Of a stretch of 64,000 nucleotides of DNA, positions 31,888 through 41,079 are shown piece by piece. Position 1 is the first letter of the stretch; each line of letters opens with the position of its first letter. Source of the stretch: Oceanospirillaceae bacterium (GTDB lineage Bacteria > Pseudomonadota > Gammaproteobacteria > Pseudomonadales > Balneatricaceae); the NCBI GenBank assembly GCA_024640955.1, contig JAHEDZ010000001.1, forward strand, positions 21,393 through 85,392. The letters run 5' to 3'. The notes below the pieces were generated by a model, which had not been told where the DNA came from, did not search any database, and worked only from the letters and a program-made list of their open reading frames with translations. Both the position numbers and the translations under genes were made by a program.

Positions 31888-32868
31888 ATGCGATTGGAAC
31901 AGGGTGTCGACCTCATTGGCGATATCCACGGCTGTGCCGCCTCTCTTCGTCTGCTACTAGAGCGTCTGGGATACAGTGAGCAGGCTGGCGTATACCGTCA
32001 CTCCACGCGCACAGTCATCTTTGTTGGCGATCTGGTCGATCGAGGGCCACGCATTCGCGAAACTATTGAGATTGTCCGCTCGATGGTGGAGGCGGGACAG
32101 GCCGAGATAGTTATGGGTAACCACGAGTACAACTACCTCTGCTTCCGCACTGAGTCGCACACTAAACCGGGTCGTTATCTTCGCGATCACACCCCGCGCA
32201 ATACCCGCATCGTACAGCAGACACTGGATCAGTACGCCAACCACCCAGCCGATGAGCAGGATCTGCTGAACTGGATTCTCGATATCCCGCTGCTGCTCGA
32301 GTACGACAGCCTTCGTGTTGTGCATGCCTGTTGGCATAAACCTCTGATACAGCGACTGCGCTCGGAAGTCTCTGCTGATGCCCGTATCGACATCGAGTTT
32401 GTCCACCGCTCCACCGTGCATGAGTCCTTTGAGTATCTGGTGATGGATCGCCTTCTGCGTGGCACACATATGCGTCTGCCCAATAATGAGGTGATGGTGA
32501 GTAAGGATGGCTTTAAACGCACGTTTTTCCGTACCAAGTTCTGGGCACAAGAGCCGCAGAAGATGATCGATGTCGTGTTCCAGCCCGATCCGCTACCCGA
32601 GCATCTCGCGATGGAGCCGCTGACAGCCGGCAACCTGTCACAGTTGCAGTACTACGCGCCGGATGAGCGCGCACTCTTCATTGGCCACTTCTGGTGCGAG
32701 GGCGAGCCCAAGCCCGTTGCACCCAACATCGCCTGTCTGGATTACAGTGCGGTGAAGTATGGCAAGTTGGTGGCTTACCGCTTCGATGGCGAACCGGGTA
32801 TCGATAAAAGCAAGTTTGTCTGGGTCGATGTAGATCAGGAGTTTCCGCGTGATGGAGCCGCTGGATGA
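31888..32868 (+). CDS. Calcineurin-like metallophosphoesterase (ApaH/PrpE-type)
   Basis: 326 aa. GDIHGC, GDLVDRGP and GNHE motifs. The start abuts the nadK stop with no gap. Confidence 0.8.
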   Translation: MRLEQGVDLIGDIHGCAASLRLLLERLGYSEQAGVYRHSTRTVIFVGDLVDRGPRIRETIEIVRSMVEAGQAEIVMGNHEYNYLCFRTESHTKPGRYLRDHTPRNTRIVQQTLDQYANHPADEQDLLNWILDIPLLLEYDSLRVVHACWHKPLIQRLRSEVSADARIDIEFVHRSTVHESFEYLVMDRLLRGTHMRLPNNEVMVSKDGFKRTFFRTKFWAQEPQKMIDVVFQPDPLPEHLAMEPLTAGNLSQLQYYAPDERALFIGHFWCEGEPKPVAPNIACLDYSAVKYGKLVAYRFDGEPGIDKSKFVWVDVDQEFPRDGAAG

Positions 32869-33710
32869 GACCCGTTTTGCAAGTGCCGCTGAGCCAGGAT
32901 CTGAGCGAGTTCACGCGCTTTCTCTGGGCTAACGAAGTACCGCATCGCGTGACTGAGGATGAGACTGACCAAACCTTGTGGGTATCGCCGCGCGTTAGCG
33001 GCGAGCGCGTGGTTGAACTGTTCGCCTACTGGGAGCAGGGCGGTGACTTGAACCGTATTGAGGTGAGCGCGAGTGCACGAACCCAGAGGCTTTCAGTCGC
33101 CGTGCTAAAGCGCCTGCCCATTACTTTGGCACTGATCGGGTTCTCTATTCTGGCGACCTTAGCGATCAACTTCGGTGCTAACGCCGACTTGCTCGGTCGC
33201 CTCAGCTTCGCCCCCTTCGATACTCGCGGTAATGAGATCTACTACTCTGACTTCTCAACGCTGATAGGCAGTGGCGAGTACTGGCGCCTGATTACACCGA
33301 TCTTTTTGCACTTCAGCATGCTGCATATTCTCTTCAATCTGTTGTGGATTTGGGTGATTGGCCGGCGTATCGAGCAGTTGCAGGGTGCGATGGCCCTGAC
33401 TGGCTTGGCGCTGTTTAGTGGAGTTGCCTCCAATTTTGCCCAGTTTGTCGTCAGTGGGCCGCTATTTGGTGGCATGTCCGGTGTTGTTTTTGCAGTGCTT
33501 GGTTACTCTTGGGTATGGGATCGCTTGCACCGTCCCATCTTCTACACGCCGCCAGCGCTTATGGGCTTTATGCTCTTCTGGCTAGCGTTGGGCTACTCCG
33601 GCGCGCTGGAGTTCATGGGGTTAGGCGCGATCGCCAATACAGCCCATCTGATTGGCTTGGTGGCAGGTCTTATCTGGGCCGCTTTGATGGGGCTGGTTTT
33701 GCGCCGCTAG
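32865..33710 (+). CDS. Rhomboid-family intramembrane serine protease (GlpG-like)
   Basis: 281 aa. Cytoplasmic N-domain plus 6 TM helices, HILFNLLW and GGMSGVVFA (catalytic Ser). 4-nt overlap with the upstream gene. Confidence 0.85.
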   Translation: MRPVLQVPLSQDLSEFTRFLWANEVPHRVTEDETDQTLWVSPRVSGERVVELFAYWEQGGDLNRIEVSASARTQRLSVAVLKRLPITLALIGFSILATLAINFGANADLLGRLSFAPFDTRGNEIYYSDFSTLIGSGEYWRLITPIFLHFSMLHILFNLLWIWVIGRRIEQLQGAMALTGLALFSGVASNFAQFVVSGPLFGGMSGVVFAVLGYSWVWDRLHRPIFYTPPALMGFMLFWLALGYSGALEFMGLGAIANTAHLIGLVAGLIWAALMGLVLRR

Positions 33711-33790
33711 CAACCGCACTAGAGCCGTTGCTGTGATACACTCGGGGCAACCTATTCGTATTGCTAACAGAGCAAAAAAGGAAGAGTTCA

Positions 33791-34060
33791 GTGAACTACG
33801 AACGCATGATTGAGACGATGACCCCCGAGGTCTACGCCTCCCTCAAGCAGGCGGTCGAATTGGGCAAATGGCCCAATGGTGAGCGCCTAACACCGGAACA
33901 GCGCGAAACCAGCTTGCGTGCCGTTATAGCTTATGAAGTAAAACGTGATCTGCCTGCTGAAGAGCGTGTCGGTTATATCGATCGCTCACGCCCGGATGGC
34001 TCGCAACACGGTAGCGACCCTCTGCAACCTGACGTACTGCGAATCCTGAACGATGACTGA
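33791..34060 (+). CDS. YeaC-like (DUF1315) protein
   Basis: 89 aa from the GTG preceded by AGGAAG. MTPEVY..LK.AVELGKWPNG..LT.EQRE..L.AVI.YE pattern recalled for DUF1315. Confidence 0.55.
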   Translation: MNYERMIETMTPEVYASLKQAVELGKWPNGERLTPEQRETSLRAVIAYEVKRDLPAEERVGYIDRSRPDGSQHGSDPLQPDVLRILNDD

Positions 34061-34898
34061 TATTCCGATGCAGATGCAGCACCAGGGTGTGCTGCAAAAG
34101 ATGCGGGTGCGCCTCGGGGATCCAGTTGAGTATCAGTTAGCACTCGACGGTGCCGCTGAAGGCCCAATCCTGAACCAGTTTTTGGGCAAGCCGGTGCGCC
34201 TTGAGTACCAGGGAGCGATCAACTGTCTGGCCTGTAATCGCAAAACCAAGAAGAGCTTCTCGCAGGGCTACTGCTACCCCTGTTTCACCAAGCTACCCCA
34301 GTGTGACTCATGTATCGTTAAACCTGAGACCTGTCACTTTGCGCTAGGCACCTGTCGTGACCCAGAGTGGGGGGAGCGCAACTGTTTCACGCCGCACGTT
34401 GTCTATTTGGCGAACTCCAGCGGTTTGAAGGTGGGAATTACTCGTGGTTCACAGGTGCCGACACGTTGGATCGACCAGGGTGCCATTCAGGCGCTACCGA
34501 TTCTTGAGGTCGATACACGGCTGCAATCGGGCTTGGTGGAGACGCTATTCGCTCAGCATGTCGCTGATAAGACTAACTGGCGTGCGATGCTTAAGGGCCA
34601 AGTCGATCAGCTCGACCTCATTGCAGAGCGAGATCGCTTGATGGAACTCTGCTCCGGCGGGCTTGAGGAGCTGCGGGCCGAGAATGGATTCGATGCGATT
34701 CGCGAATTAGATGCCCAGCCACTTGAAATTCGTTACCCAGTGATTAATTATCCTACTAAAGTCTCAAGCCTGAATTTAGACAAGGATCCGGTCGTTGAGG
34801 GTGTATTGCAGGGAATCAAGGGTCAGTATCTGATGCTCGATACCGGTGTAATCAACCTCAGAAAGTTCGGCGCTTACAATATTAAGTTCTTCGCCTAA
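34053..34898 (+). CDS. DUF2797-like protein with a Cys cluster
   Basis: 281 aa. CLACNRKTKKSFSQGYCYPCF...CDSC. Overlaps the yeaC-like stop. Family name is from recollection only. Confidence 0.5.
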   Translation: MTDIPMQMQHQGVLQKMRVRLGDPVEYQLALDGAAEGPILNQFLGKPVRLEYQGAINCLACNRKTKKSFSQGYCYPCFTKLPQCDSCIVKPETCHFALGTCRDPEWGERNCFTPHVVYLANSSGLKVGITRGSQVPTRWIDQGAIQALPILEVDTRLQSGLVETLFAQHVADKTNWRAMLKGQVDQLDLIAERDRLMELCSGGLEELRAENGFDAIRELDAQPLEIRYPVINYPTKVSSLNLDKDPVVEGVLQGIKGQYLMLDTGVINLRKFGAYNIKFFA

Positions 34899-34947
34899 GC
34901 CATAACTGACGGGTGGCTTGGTGCTCACTCTCTAAGGAGCAGTGCAC

Positions 34948-37560
34948 GTGCGTGACGGTCAACCGAAAACGATCTACCTAAAGGACTATCGGGTTCCAGC
35001 CTATCTGATCGATCAGGTCTCACTCTGTTTCGAACTCGATGAAGAGGAGACGCTGGTGCGTAGCCGATTAACGGTGACGCGCAACCCAGCTAGTCATGAG
35101 AAAAACCCCGCCTTGGTACTACATGGGCATGAGTCGCTGGAGCTGCAACGCATCTGTATCAACGGCCAGATCGTGCCCGAGCGTGAGTATCAGCGTACCG
35201 ACGAGACGCTGACCATCAATGAAGTGCCAGACTCCTTCACTCTTGAGACGCTGACCCGAATCCAGCCACAGCTGAACACGGCGCTTGAAGGGCTCTATAA
35301 ATCCGATGGCGTATTCTGCACCCAGTGTGAGGCAGAGGGCTTCCGCCGCATTACCTTCTACCCGGACCGTCCCGATGTGATGTCTCTGTTCGACACCACA
35401 ATCATTGCCGACCCCAAACGCTACCCAGTTCTGTTGTCGAACGGCAATCTGGTAGAGCAGCGCGAGACAGATGATGGTCGCCGTCAGGTGAAATGGGAGG
35501 ATCCACACCCTAAACCCGCCTACCTTTTTGCGCTGGTCGCCGGTGATCTGAGTCTGATTGAAGATAGCTTTACCACCGCCTCTGGCCGTGATGTGAAGTT
35601 GGAGATCTACTCCGAGCCTAAAGATCATGACAAGCTCGAGTATGCGATGGAGTCGCTCAAGCGCTCGATGAAGTGGGATGAAGAGGTTTACGGGCGCGAG
35701 TACGATCTGGACAGGTTCATGATTGTGGCGGTCGATTTCTTCAATATGGGCGCGATGGAGAACAAGGGTCTCAACGTCTTCAATACCAGTTGTCTGCTGG
35801 CGAGCCCTGAAACCGCCACCGATATGGCCTTCCAGCGTGTTGAAGCGGTGGTGGCACATGAGTATTTCCATAACTGGTCGGGCAACCGTGTGACCTGTCG
35901 CGATTGGTTTCAGCTAAGCCTTAAAGAGGGCTTCACGGTATTCCGCGATTCTGAATTCTCCGCTGATATGAACTCGCGTACGGTGAAGCGCGTCGAAGAT
36001 GTGAGCCTACTGCGCACCGCCCAGTTTGCCGAGGATGCCGGACCTATGGCGCACCCGGTTCGCCCCGCATCATTTATAGAGATCTCCAACTTCTACACCC
36101 TGACTGTGTATGAGAAGGGCGCTGAAGTGGTTCGTATGATCCATACGCTGTTGGGTGCAGAGACCTTCCGCAAAGGTTCAGATCTCTACTTTGAGCGCCA
36201 CGATGGTCAAGCGGTTACCACCGATGACTTTGTGAAGGCGATGGAGGATTCATCGGGTCGTGACCTGACGCAGTTCAAACGCTGGTATTCACAGGCAGGA
36301 ACACCTCGTGTTGCTGTGACTTCACACTGGGATGCCGAGCAGCGCCGTTACACGCTGACATTCAAGCAGAGCTGCCCGGCGACACCGGGCCAGGCTGAAA
36401 AAGAGCCGTTCCATATCCCGGTAAGTTACGGCCTCATTGACTCGCGCGGGCAGCAGATTCAGGCAGGTATGTTTGAGCTGCGTGAAACAGAGCAGAGCTA
36501 CAGTTTTGATGGGCTGAGTGAAGAGCCAACGCCATCGCTGCTGCGGGGGTACTCTGCGCCAGTTAAGCTCAGCTACGACTACACAGACACCCAGTTGCTA
36601 CACCTGGTGCGCTACGACGCTGACGGCTTTAATCGCTGGGACGCGGCACAGCGTTATCTCGTTAAACTGATGCAAGCGGCGATAGCAGACTATCCGGTAG
36701 CATCGATCAACGCGCCTGATCAGCTGATTGCAAGCTGGCGTGAGTTGATGGCTGACGCGAGCTTAGATGCGGCGATGCTAGCCAAGCTGTTTACGCTGCC
36801 GTCCGAGGCCTACTTGAGTGAACTTGCTGAAGTAATTGAGGTCGAGGCGATCCATGGGGTGCGTGATCAACTGCGACAGCAACTCGCTAACGCACTGGAG
36901 TCTGAGTGGCTAGAGCTGTATAACCGCCTACAGAGCGACGCGCCCTACGCGCCAACGGCCGAACAAATTGCCGCGCGTAGTTTAAAGAACCTCGCTCTCG
37001 GCTACCTGCTTGCAACAGGCAAGCCGGTCTATGCAGAGCTGGCGACATCGCAGTTTGCTAACGCCGATAATATGACCGACGAACAGGCAGCACTGTCAAT
37101 GCTTGTGCACTCAGAGCACCGCGAAGCAGCTGTTGATGCACTAACCGAGTTCCGCGAGCGCTGGCAAGATCAGGCGTTGGTGATGAACAGCTGGTTCTCC
37201 ATTCAAGCGAGTGACTCAAATCCAGGCGCGCTGGAGCGTATTCGTCTGCTGGAGCAGGATCCGCTATTCGATGCGAAGAACCCGAATAAACTGCGCAGCC
37301 TCATCGGTGTATTTGCGGCCACGAACCCGCTTCAGTTCCACGCTGAGGATGGTTCGGGCTATGCTTACCTAGGTGACTGGATTATCCGCTTGAACGAGCA
37401 GAATCCACAGGTGGCTTCGCGGTTGCTGACGCCGCTGACGCGCTGGAAGCGTTACCCTGAAGCCAAGCAGGCGCGCATGCGTGAACAGCTGCAGCGTCTG
37501 CTAGCCGAGCCTAAGCTCTCTCCGGATGTATATGAAGTTGTCAGCAAGAGTCTGGCTTAA
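34948..37560 (+). CDS. pepN: Aminopeptidase N (M1)
   Basis: GAMENKGLN and HEYFHNWSGNRVT...LKEGFT motifs. GTG at 34948 has AAGGAG 8 nt upstream. Confidence 0.95.
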   Translation: MRDGQPKTIYLKDYRVPAYLIDQVSLCFELDEEETLVRSRLTVTRNPASHEKNPALVLHGHESLELQRICINGQIVPEREYQRTDETLTINEVPDSFTLETLTRIQPQLNTALEGLYKSDGVFCTQCEAEGFRRITFYPDRPDVMSLFDTTIIADPKRYPVLLSNGNLVEQRETDDGRRQVKWEDPHPKPAYLFALVAGDLSLIEDSFTTASGRDVKLEIYSEPKDHDKLEYAMESLKRSMKWDEEVYGREYDLDRFMIVAVDFFNMGAMENKGLNVFNTSCLLASPETATDMAFQRVEAVVAHEYFHNWSGNRVTCRDWFQLSLKEGFTVFRDSEFSADMNSRTVKRVEDVSLLRTAQFAEDAGPMAHPVRPASFIEISNFYTLTVYEKGAEVVRMIHTLLGAETFRKGSDLYFERHDGQAVTTDDFVKAMEDSSGRDLTQFKRWYSQAGTPRVAVTSHWDAEQRRYTLTFKQSCPATPGQAEKEPFHIPVSYGLIDSRGQQIQAGMFELRETEQSYSFDGLSEEPTPSLLRGYSAPVKLSYDYTDTQLLHLVRYDADGFNRWDAAQRYLVKLMQAAIADYPVASINAPDQLIASWRELMADASLDAAMLAKLFTLPSEAYLSELAEVIEVEAIHGVRDQLRQQLANALESEWLELYNRLQSDAPYAPTAEQIAARSLKNLALGYLLATGKPVYAELATSQFANADNMTDEQAALSMLVHSEHREAAVDALTEFRERWQDQALVMNSWFSIQASDSNPGALERIRLLEQDPLFDAKNPNKLRSLIGVFAATNPLQFHAEDGSGYAYLGDWIIRLNEQNPQVASRLLTPLTRWKRYPEAKQARMREQLQRLLAEPKLSPDVYEVVSKSLA

Positions 37561-37574
37561 GAGGATTTAACCCT

Positions 37575-37961
37575 ATGCAGCGTACCCTGAGCGCTTCGAT
37601 TAAATTTGATCTACAGCAGAACTACCGTCGCTATCTGAGGTTTCTCGACCAGTACGGTGCGGATAACGATCAACTCAAACTGGCACGCGCATCCAAAGTT
37701 TGGATTGTGGCCTTGGTGATGCTGGTGTTTGCGCTGGCGTCGGACTTCTTTTTGGGTGCTAGTGCAGCACTGTTTGGACTCTACTTCTACCGCGTGGCGC
37801 TGGCCTATGTAGATGTGACCAAAGCGCAGGAGGGGCGTGAACAGTCAGAGCGCTGGTTTGCCTCTCAGGGGCTCAAGTTTGAGGGGCGCGTGCTCTACTT
37901 TAAAGATGATCACAAACTCGATAATCCCGTGGATCCATTCGCTGATAGTCTGTACGAGTAG
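37575..37961 (+). CDS. Hypothetical membrane protein
   Basis: 128 aa. Two adjacent hydrophobic helices (VWIVALVMLVFALASDFFLGASAALFGLYFY). Confidence 0.5.
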   Translation: MQRTLSASIKFDLQQNYRRYLRFLDQYGADNDQLKLARASKVWIVALVMLVFALASDFFLGASAALFGLYFYRVALAYVDVTKAQEGREQSERWFASQGLKFEGRVLYFKDDHKLDNPVDPFADSLYE

Positions 37962-38049
37962 AGGCGATGTAGCCCACCGCGCTATTTCGCGACCATAGTG
38001 CATCTCCGTCGCGGGCGTGGTCACGCAATACGCTGCGCGTACAGCGCTC
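37961..38049. repeat. Intergenic palindromic mosaic element, copy B (degenerate)
   Basis: Left arm GATGTAGCCCACCGCGCTATTTCGCGAC. Right arm GTCACGCAATACGC-tgc-GCGTACAGCGCTC, with a hairpin at 38029-38041. Confidence 0.5.
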
Positions 38050-38060
38050 TTACAGTGTCT

Positions 38061-38672
38061 TTACAACGCCCGGCTAGTCAGATAGCTCTCCACAGTATCC
38101 ACAATCGCTTGTGTCTGCGGATCGATCTCCAGATTCACTCTGTCGCCCACCTGGGCCTGGCCAAACAGCGTGCGCTCCAGCGTCTCTGGTATCAGCCAAA
38201 CGCTGAAGGTCTCATCCGTGACATCGGTCATCGTTAGGCTACAGCCATTAAGGCCTACAAAGCCCTTGTCCAGCAGATAGCGCACGTACTTCGCTGGGCG
38301 CTCGAAGCTGATGCAGCAGTTGGTGTCGGTGCGCTCAATCGCGGTGATCTTGACCGTATCGATAATATGCCCGGACATCAGGTGCCCACCAATCTCATCA
38401 CCAATCTTGGCGGCGCGTTCAAAGTTAACGCGGCTGCCGGCTGTCAGTTCGCCGAGGTTAGTCAGTTTTAGCGTAGAGGCGATGGCATCAAACCAGACGC
38501 GGCTCCCGTCAAATTGACGTACCGTCAGGCAGGTGCCGTTAAGTGCGATGCTGGCGCCATGCGCGAAGTTAGTACCAGCGCTGGAGGGAAACTCTAGATT
38601 GAGCGCAATAAACTGATCGGCCGGCTCAATCGCTAACACCTCAGCCGTGCCCTGAACAATACCCGTAAACAT
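38061..38672 (-). CDS. ribE: Riboflavin synthase (alpha chain)
   Basis: MFTGIVQGTAEV N-terminus and an internal duplicated barrel (GSIALNGTCLTV / GFVGLNGCSLTM). Start set at the canonical MFTGI. Confidence 0.92.
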   Translation of the reverse strand: MFTGIVQGTAEVLAIEPADQFIALNLEFPSSAGTNFAHGASIALNGTCLTVRQFDGSRVWFDAIASTLKLTNLGELTAGSRVNFERAAKIGDEIGGHLMSGHIIDTVKITAIERTDTNCCISFERPAKYVRYLLDKGFVGLNGCSLTMTDVTDETFSVWLIPETLERTLFGQAQVGDRVNLEIDPQTQAIVDTVESYLTSRAL

Positions 38673-38736
38673 GCAGAATCCTTGCGTGGTCGAAAAATAC
38701 GTTTTGCTGAATACGCGCAATCCTACCACACAGATT

Positions 38737-38870
38737 CCTCCTCGGTAGGAGGGTTGTACCGCAAAGCGGTATTACCCGATCCAGCGAAGTTGGGAAGAGT
38801 GCAGGTGAGTCGCGACCTTGGCTGCGCCGCAGATCGCTTCTACTAGTTTTCGATCGCTCCTACCGAGGTG
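38737..38870. repeat. Intergenic palindromic mosaic element, copy C (in the ribE / epimerase divergent region)
   Basis: 12-bp terminal inverted repeat CCTCGGTAGGAG (38740-38751) / CTCCTACCGAGG (38857-38868). Arm TCGGGTAATACCGC-ttt-GCGGTACAACCCTCCTA on the minus strand, with a hairpin at 38757-38771. Confidence 0.65.
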
Positions 38871-38931
38871 CTGGTCTGTCCAGTGGGCTGGTGCGTAAGC
38901 TGAGCATGAACAGTTTTCTGAGGAGAGAGGC

Positions 38932-39822
38932 GTGCGGGTTCTTGTTACGGGTGCTAGCGGGTTTATTGGTACCGCGCTCTGTAGAGCGCTATTAAAGCGC
39001 GGTGATCAGGTAGTTTCATGGGTGCATCAAAGCGAGCCAGAGGTGGCGGGCCTCGAGCGTATCGATCAGCTTGATCATTTAGAGGGGGCGATCGACGCGG
39101 TCGTTAATCTAGCGGGCGCCCCGATCGCCGATGCACGTTGGAGCGATGCTCGTAAAGCGTTGCTACTCTCTAGCCGGATAGAGACAACTCAAGCTCTAGT
39201 TGCCTGGATGGCTCAGCAGTCAACCCCTCCCAAAACGCTGGTATCAGGTTCGGCCATCGGCTTTTACGGTGCCTGCACTAGCGATGAGCGGGTAACCGAA
39301 CAAAGCGCGCCCCTGTGCCGTGACTTCTCAGCGCGGTTATGTCAGCAGTGGGAGGCTGAGGCGCTCAAAGCCGAGGCAGCTGGCGTGCGTGTCTGTCTGG
39401 TGCGTACCGGCATCGTACTTGGCAAGGGCGGTGCTTTGGCGAAAATGCGATTACCCTTCTTAATGGGGGGCGGCGGACCTATCGCCTCGGGCAAACAGTG
39501 GATGCCTTGGATTCATCTGCAGGATGAGGTGGATGCGATTTTGCACCTGCTCGATCGCGACGATTTGAGTGGGGCATTCAATCTGACCGCGCCGGATCCT
39601 GCTCGTAACAGCGCTTTTGTCCGAGCTTATGCCGAGAGTTTGAAGCGCCCAGCGTTTATGCCGATGCCGAGCTTTGCTGTGGGTTTGATGTTGGGTTCTG
39701 AGGCCAGCGCACTACTCACAGAAGGTTTGCGGGTTGTGCCCCAACGGCTAGAGGAGAGTGGCTTCCAATTCACCTATCCAATTTTGGAGAATGCGCTGCT
39801 GGCGGTAGCGAAAAGTTACTGA
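38932..39822 (+). CDS. TIGR01777-type NAD-dependent epimerase-family protein (YfcH-like)
   Basis: 296 aa. GTG start. VLVTGASGFIGTAL Rossmann motif and a C-terminal DUF1731-like region. Confidence 0.85.
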   Translation: MRVLVTGASGFIGTALCRALLKRGDQVVSWVHQSEPEVAGLERIDQLDHLEGAIDAVVNLAGAPIADARWSDARKALLLSSRIETTQALVAWMAQQSTPPKTLVSGSAIGFYGACTSDERVTEQSAPLCRDFSARLCQQWEAEALKAEAAGVRVCLVRTGIVLGKGGALAKMRLPFLMGGGGPIASGKQWMPWIHLQDEVDAILHLLDRDDLSGAFNLTAPDPARNSAFVRAYAESLKRPAFMPMPSFAVGLMLGSEASALLTEGLRVVPQRLEESGFQFTYPILENALLAVAKSY

Positions 39823-39824
39823 AG

Positions 39825-40712
39825 TTAGAGCCTATCAGGCGGATGTTGCTTCTCATGCGAAGGTGCTCGCTTGTCTGCTTCGAGTGTCTCCATGCGCTGT
39901 AGTACTGATACTGCGGTATGCAGCTGGCTCTCAATGCGCTCAAGGCGTGCTTCAAGCATCTGAATCTTCAGCAGCGTCGCTTGTTCACGATCCACCATCT
40001 CCTTCTCATCCTTCTCGATAAAAAAGACGGAGAAGCTGGCCGTCAGCAGTGAGAAGAGTGCGATACCGACCAGAATAAGCAGCATGCCAACTACACGCCC
40101 CTCAAGGGTTGTTGGCACCAGGTCGCCATATCCCACGGTTGTCATTGTGACCCAAGCCCACCAGAAACCATCCACTGGGTTTTTAAACGCCGGATCGAGG
40201 CCGGATATGAGGAACGCTGAGAGCACCAAAAAGCCAAAAGCAACCATCAGCGTGATACCCAGGTTGTGCCGTCCCAATACCGAGCGAAGATCTGAAGAGA
40301 GCTTAAAGAGGATACCGAAGAATAGAAGCAGCCTTAGTGTACGCAGGACGCCTGAGTTGAATGCCACCGCCTCTATGGTTAACGGGATTCCTGCCAGAAC
40401 GATGAACAGACTGAGCCAGTTCTGTTTTAGGTAGCGTGCGGGGCTATCGACTAGCCAGAGCATTAAGGTGAGTTCGGCAGCAAAGAAACCCCAGACGATC
40501 CAGTCCGATAACGGTAGATAGCTCGAGTTACCACTGGGGTTATCGGTGCTTGAGGTTTGGTGATACCAGTCAATAAGGATCCAGAAGGCAAGAATGAGCA
40601 GTGGCCACTCAAGTGTGCGACCCCAGCGCTGAGCGGTCTCGTTCTCGCGTGGGTCTACGCCGGCCAAGCCAATAAAGCGCATCAGTTTGTCATGTCGTTT
40701 GTGGTCGCTCAC
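39825..40712 (-). CDS. Potassium channel (6-TM ion-transport family) with a C-terminal coiled coil
   Basis: 295 aa. Selectivity filter TTVGYGD. An S4-like segment with spaced R/K (LRTLRLLLFFGILFKL). Confidence 0.85.
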   Translation of the reverse strand: MSDHKRHDKLMRFIGLAGVDPRENETAQRWGRTLEWPLLILAFWILIDWYHQTSSTDNPSGNSSYLPLSDWIVWGFFAAELTLMLWLVDSPARYLKQNWLSLFIVLAGIPLTIEAVAFNSGVLRTLRLLLFFGILFKLSSDLRSVLGRHNLGITLMVAFGFLVLSAFLISGLDPAFKNPVDGFWWAWVTMTTVGYGDLVPTTLEGRVVGMLLILVGIALFSLLTASFSVFFIEKDEKEMVDREQATLLKIQMLEARLERIESQLHTAVSVLQRMETLEADKRAPSHEKQHPPDRL

Positions 40713-40792
40713 GTCGCTCCTTGAATGCGCTTTGACTCCATATCTATTAAGATTAGCGCGAGCGGCGCAATTTGTTGAGTATTAGATGAAAA

Positions 40793-41047
40793 ATGGCCAA
40801 AACGCCTGATTTTAATTTCACCAAAGCTAAGCAGGTGGTGGTGGACTTGAACATCTCCGAGGATGAGTAACTGCGAGTCTATCGCGGTAGTGCTCGAATC
40901 GTCTTGGCGTACAGCATTGACGGGCGTCGCGTCAGTTTTCCAGCCAATATCCTCCAGCCCTATGTGACGCGCACAGGCATCCGCGGCCGCTTCCGTATTC
41001 GTTTCGATAAAGAGGGGCGCTTTAGCTCCATTGAGAAGCTGGTATAA
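40793..41047 (+). pseudogene. DUF2835-like small ORF interrupted by an in-frame TAA
   Basis: MAKTPDFNFTKAKQVVVDLNISEDE*LRVYRGSARIVLAYSIDGRRVSFPANILQPYVTRTGIRGRFRIRFDKEGRFSSIEKLV*. TAA at 40868-40870. Both pieces fall below the ORF-track threshold. Confidence 0.5.
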
Positions 41048-41079
41048 TCGCGCATCTTTGAATTTTTGGCGGATAAATA

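Noticed and set aside
35119-35871. Large antisense ORFs inside confirmed genes (35119-35871 in pepN, 31957-32550 in the phosphoesterase, 61274-61861 and 61045-61566 in ylqF, 48538-49146 in bphP, 41104-41574 and 41668-42123 in pyrD, 10059-10511 in soxC, 13068-13535 in soxA)
   Set aside because: Each is fully nested opposite a motif-supported CDS and has an Arg/Ser/Pro-rich shadow composition.
37998-38237. 79-aa plus-strand ORF
   Set aside because: It starts inside repeat copy B and runs antisense into the ribE 3' end, so it is an artefact.
38673-38931. Possible FMN riboswitch upstream of ribE (a closing helix and several hairpins over about 130 nt)
   Set aside because: I could not find the conserved FMN-element core (GGGUGAAAUUCCC... 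/ ...GCCGACAGU..AGUCUGGAUG). The sequence instead matches the intergenic repeat family seen at four other sites. An Rfam scan would settle it.
40868-40870. Stop-codon reassignment or programmed read-through (TAA at Tyr positions in both the DUF2835-like ORF and the EAL relic)
   Set aside because: TAA, TAG and TGA all terminate well-supported genes in this window at the expected lengths, for example soxC/D/Y/Z/A, pepN, recQ and pyrD. Ordinary nonsense mutations (TAY to TAA) or sequencing errors are the simpler explanation.
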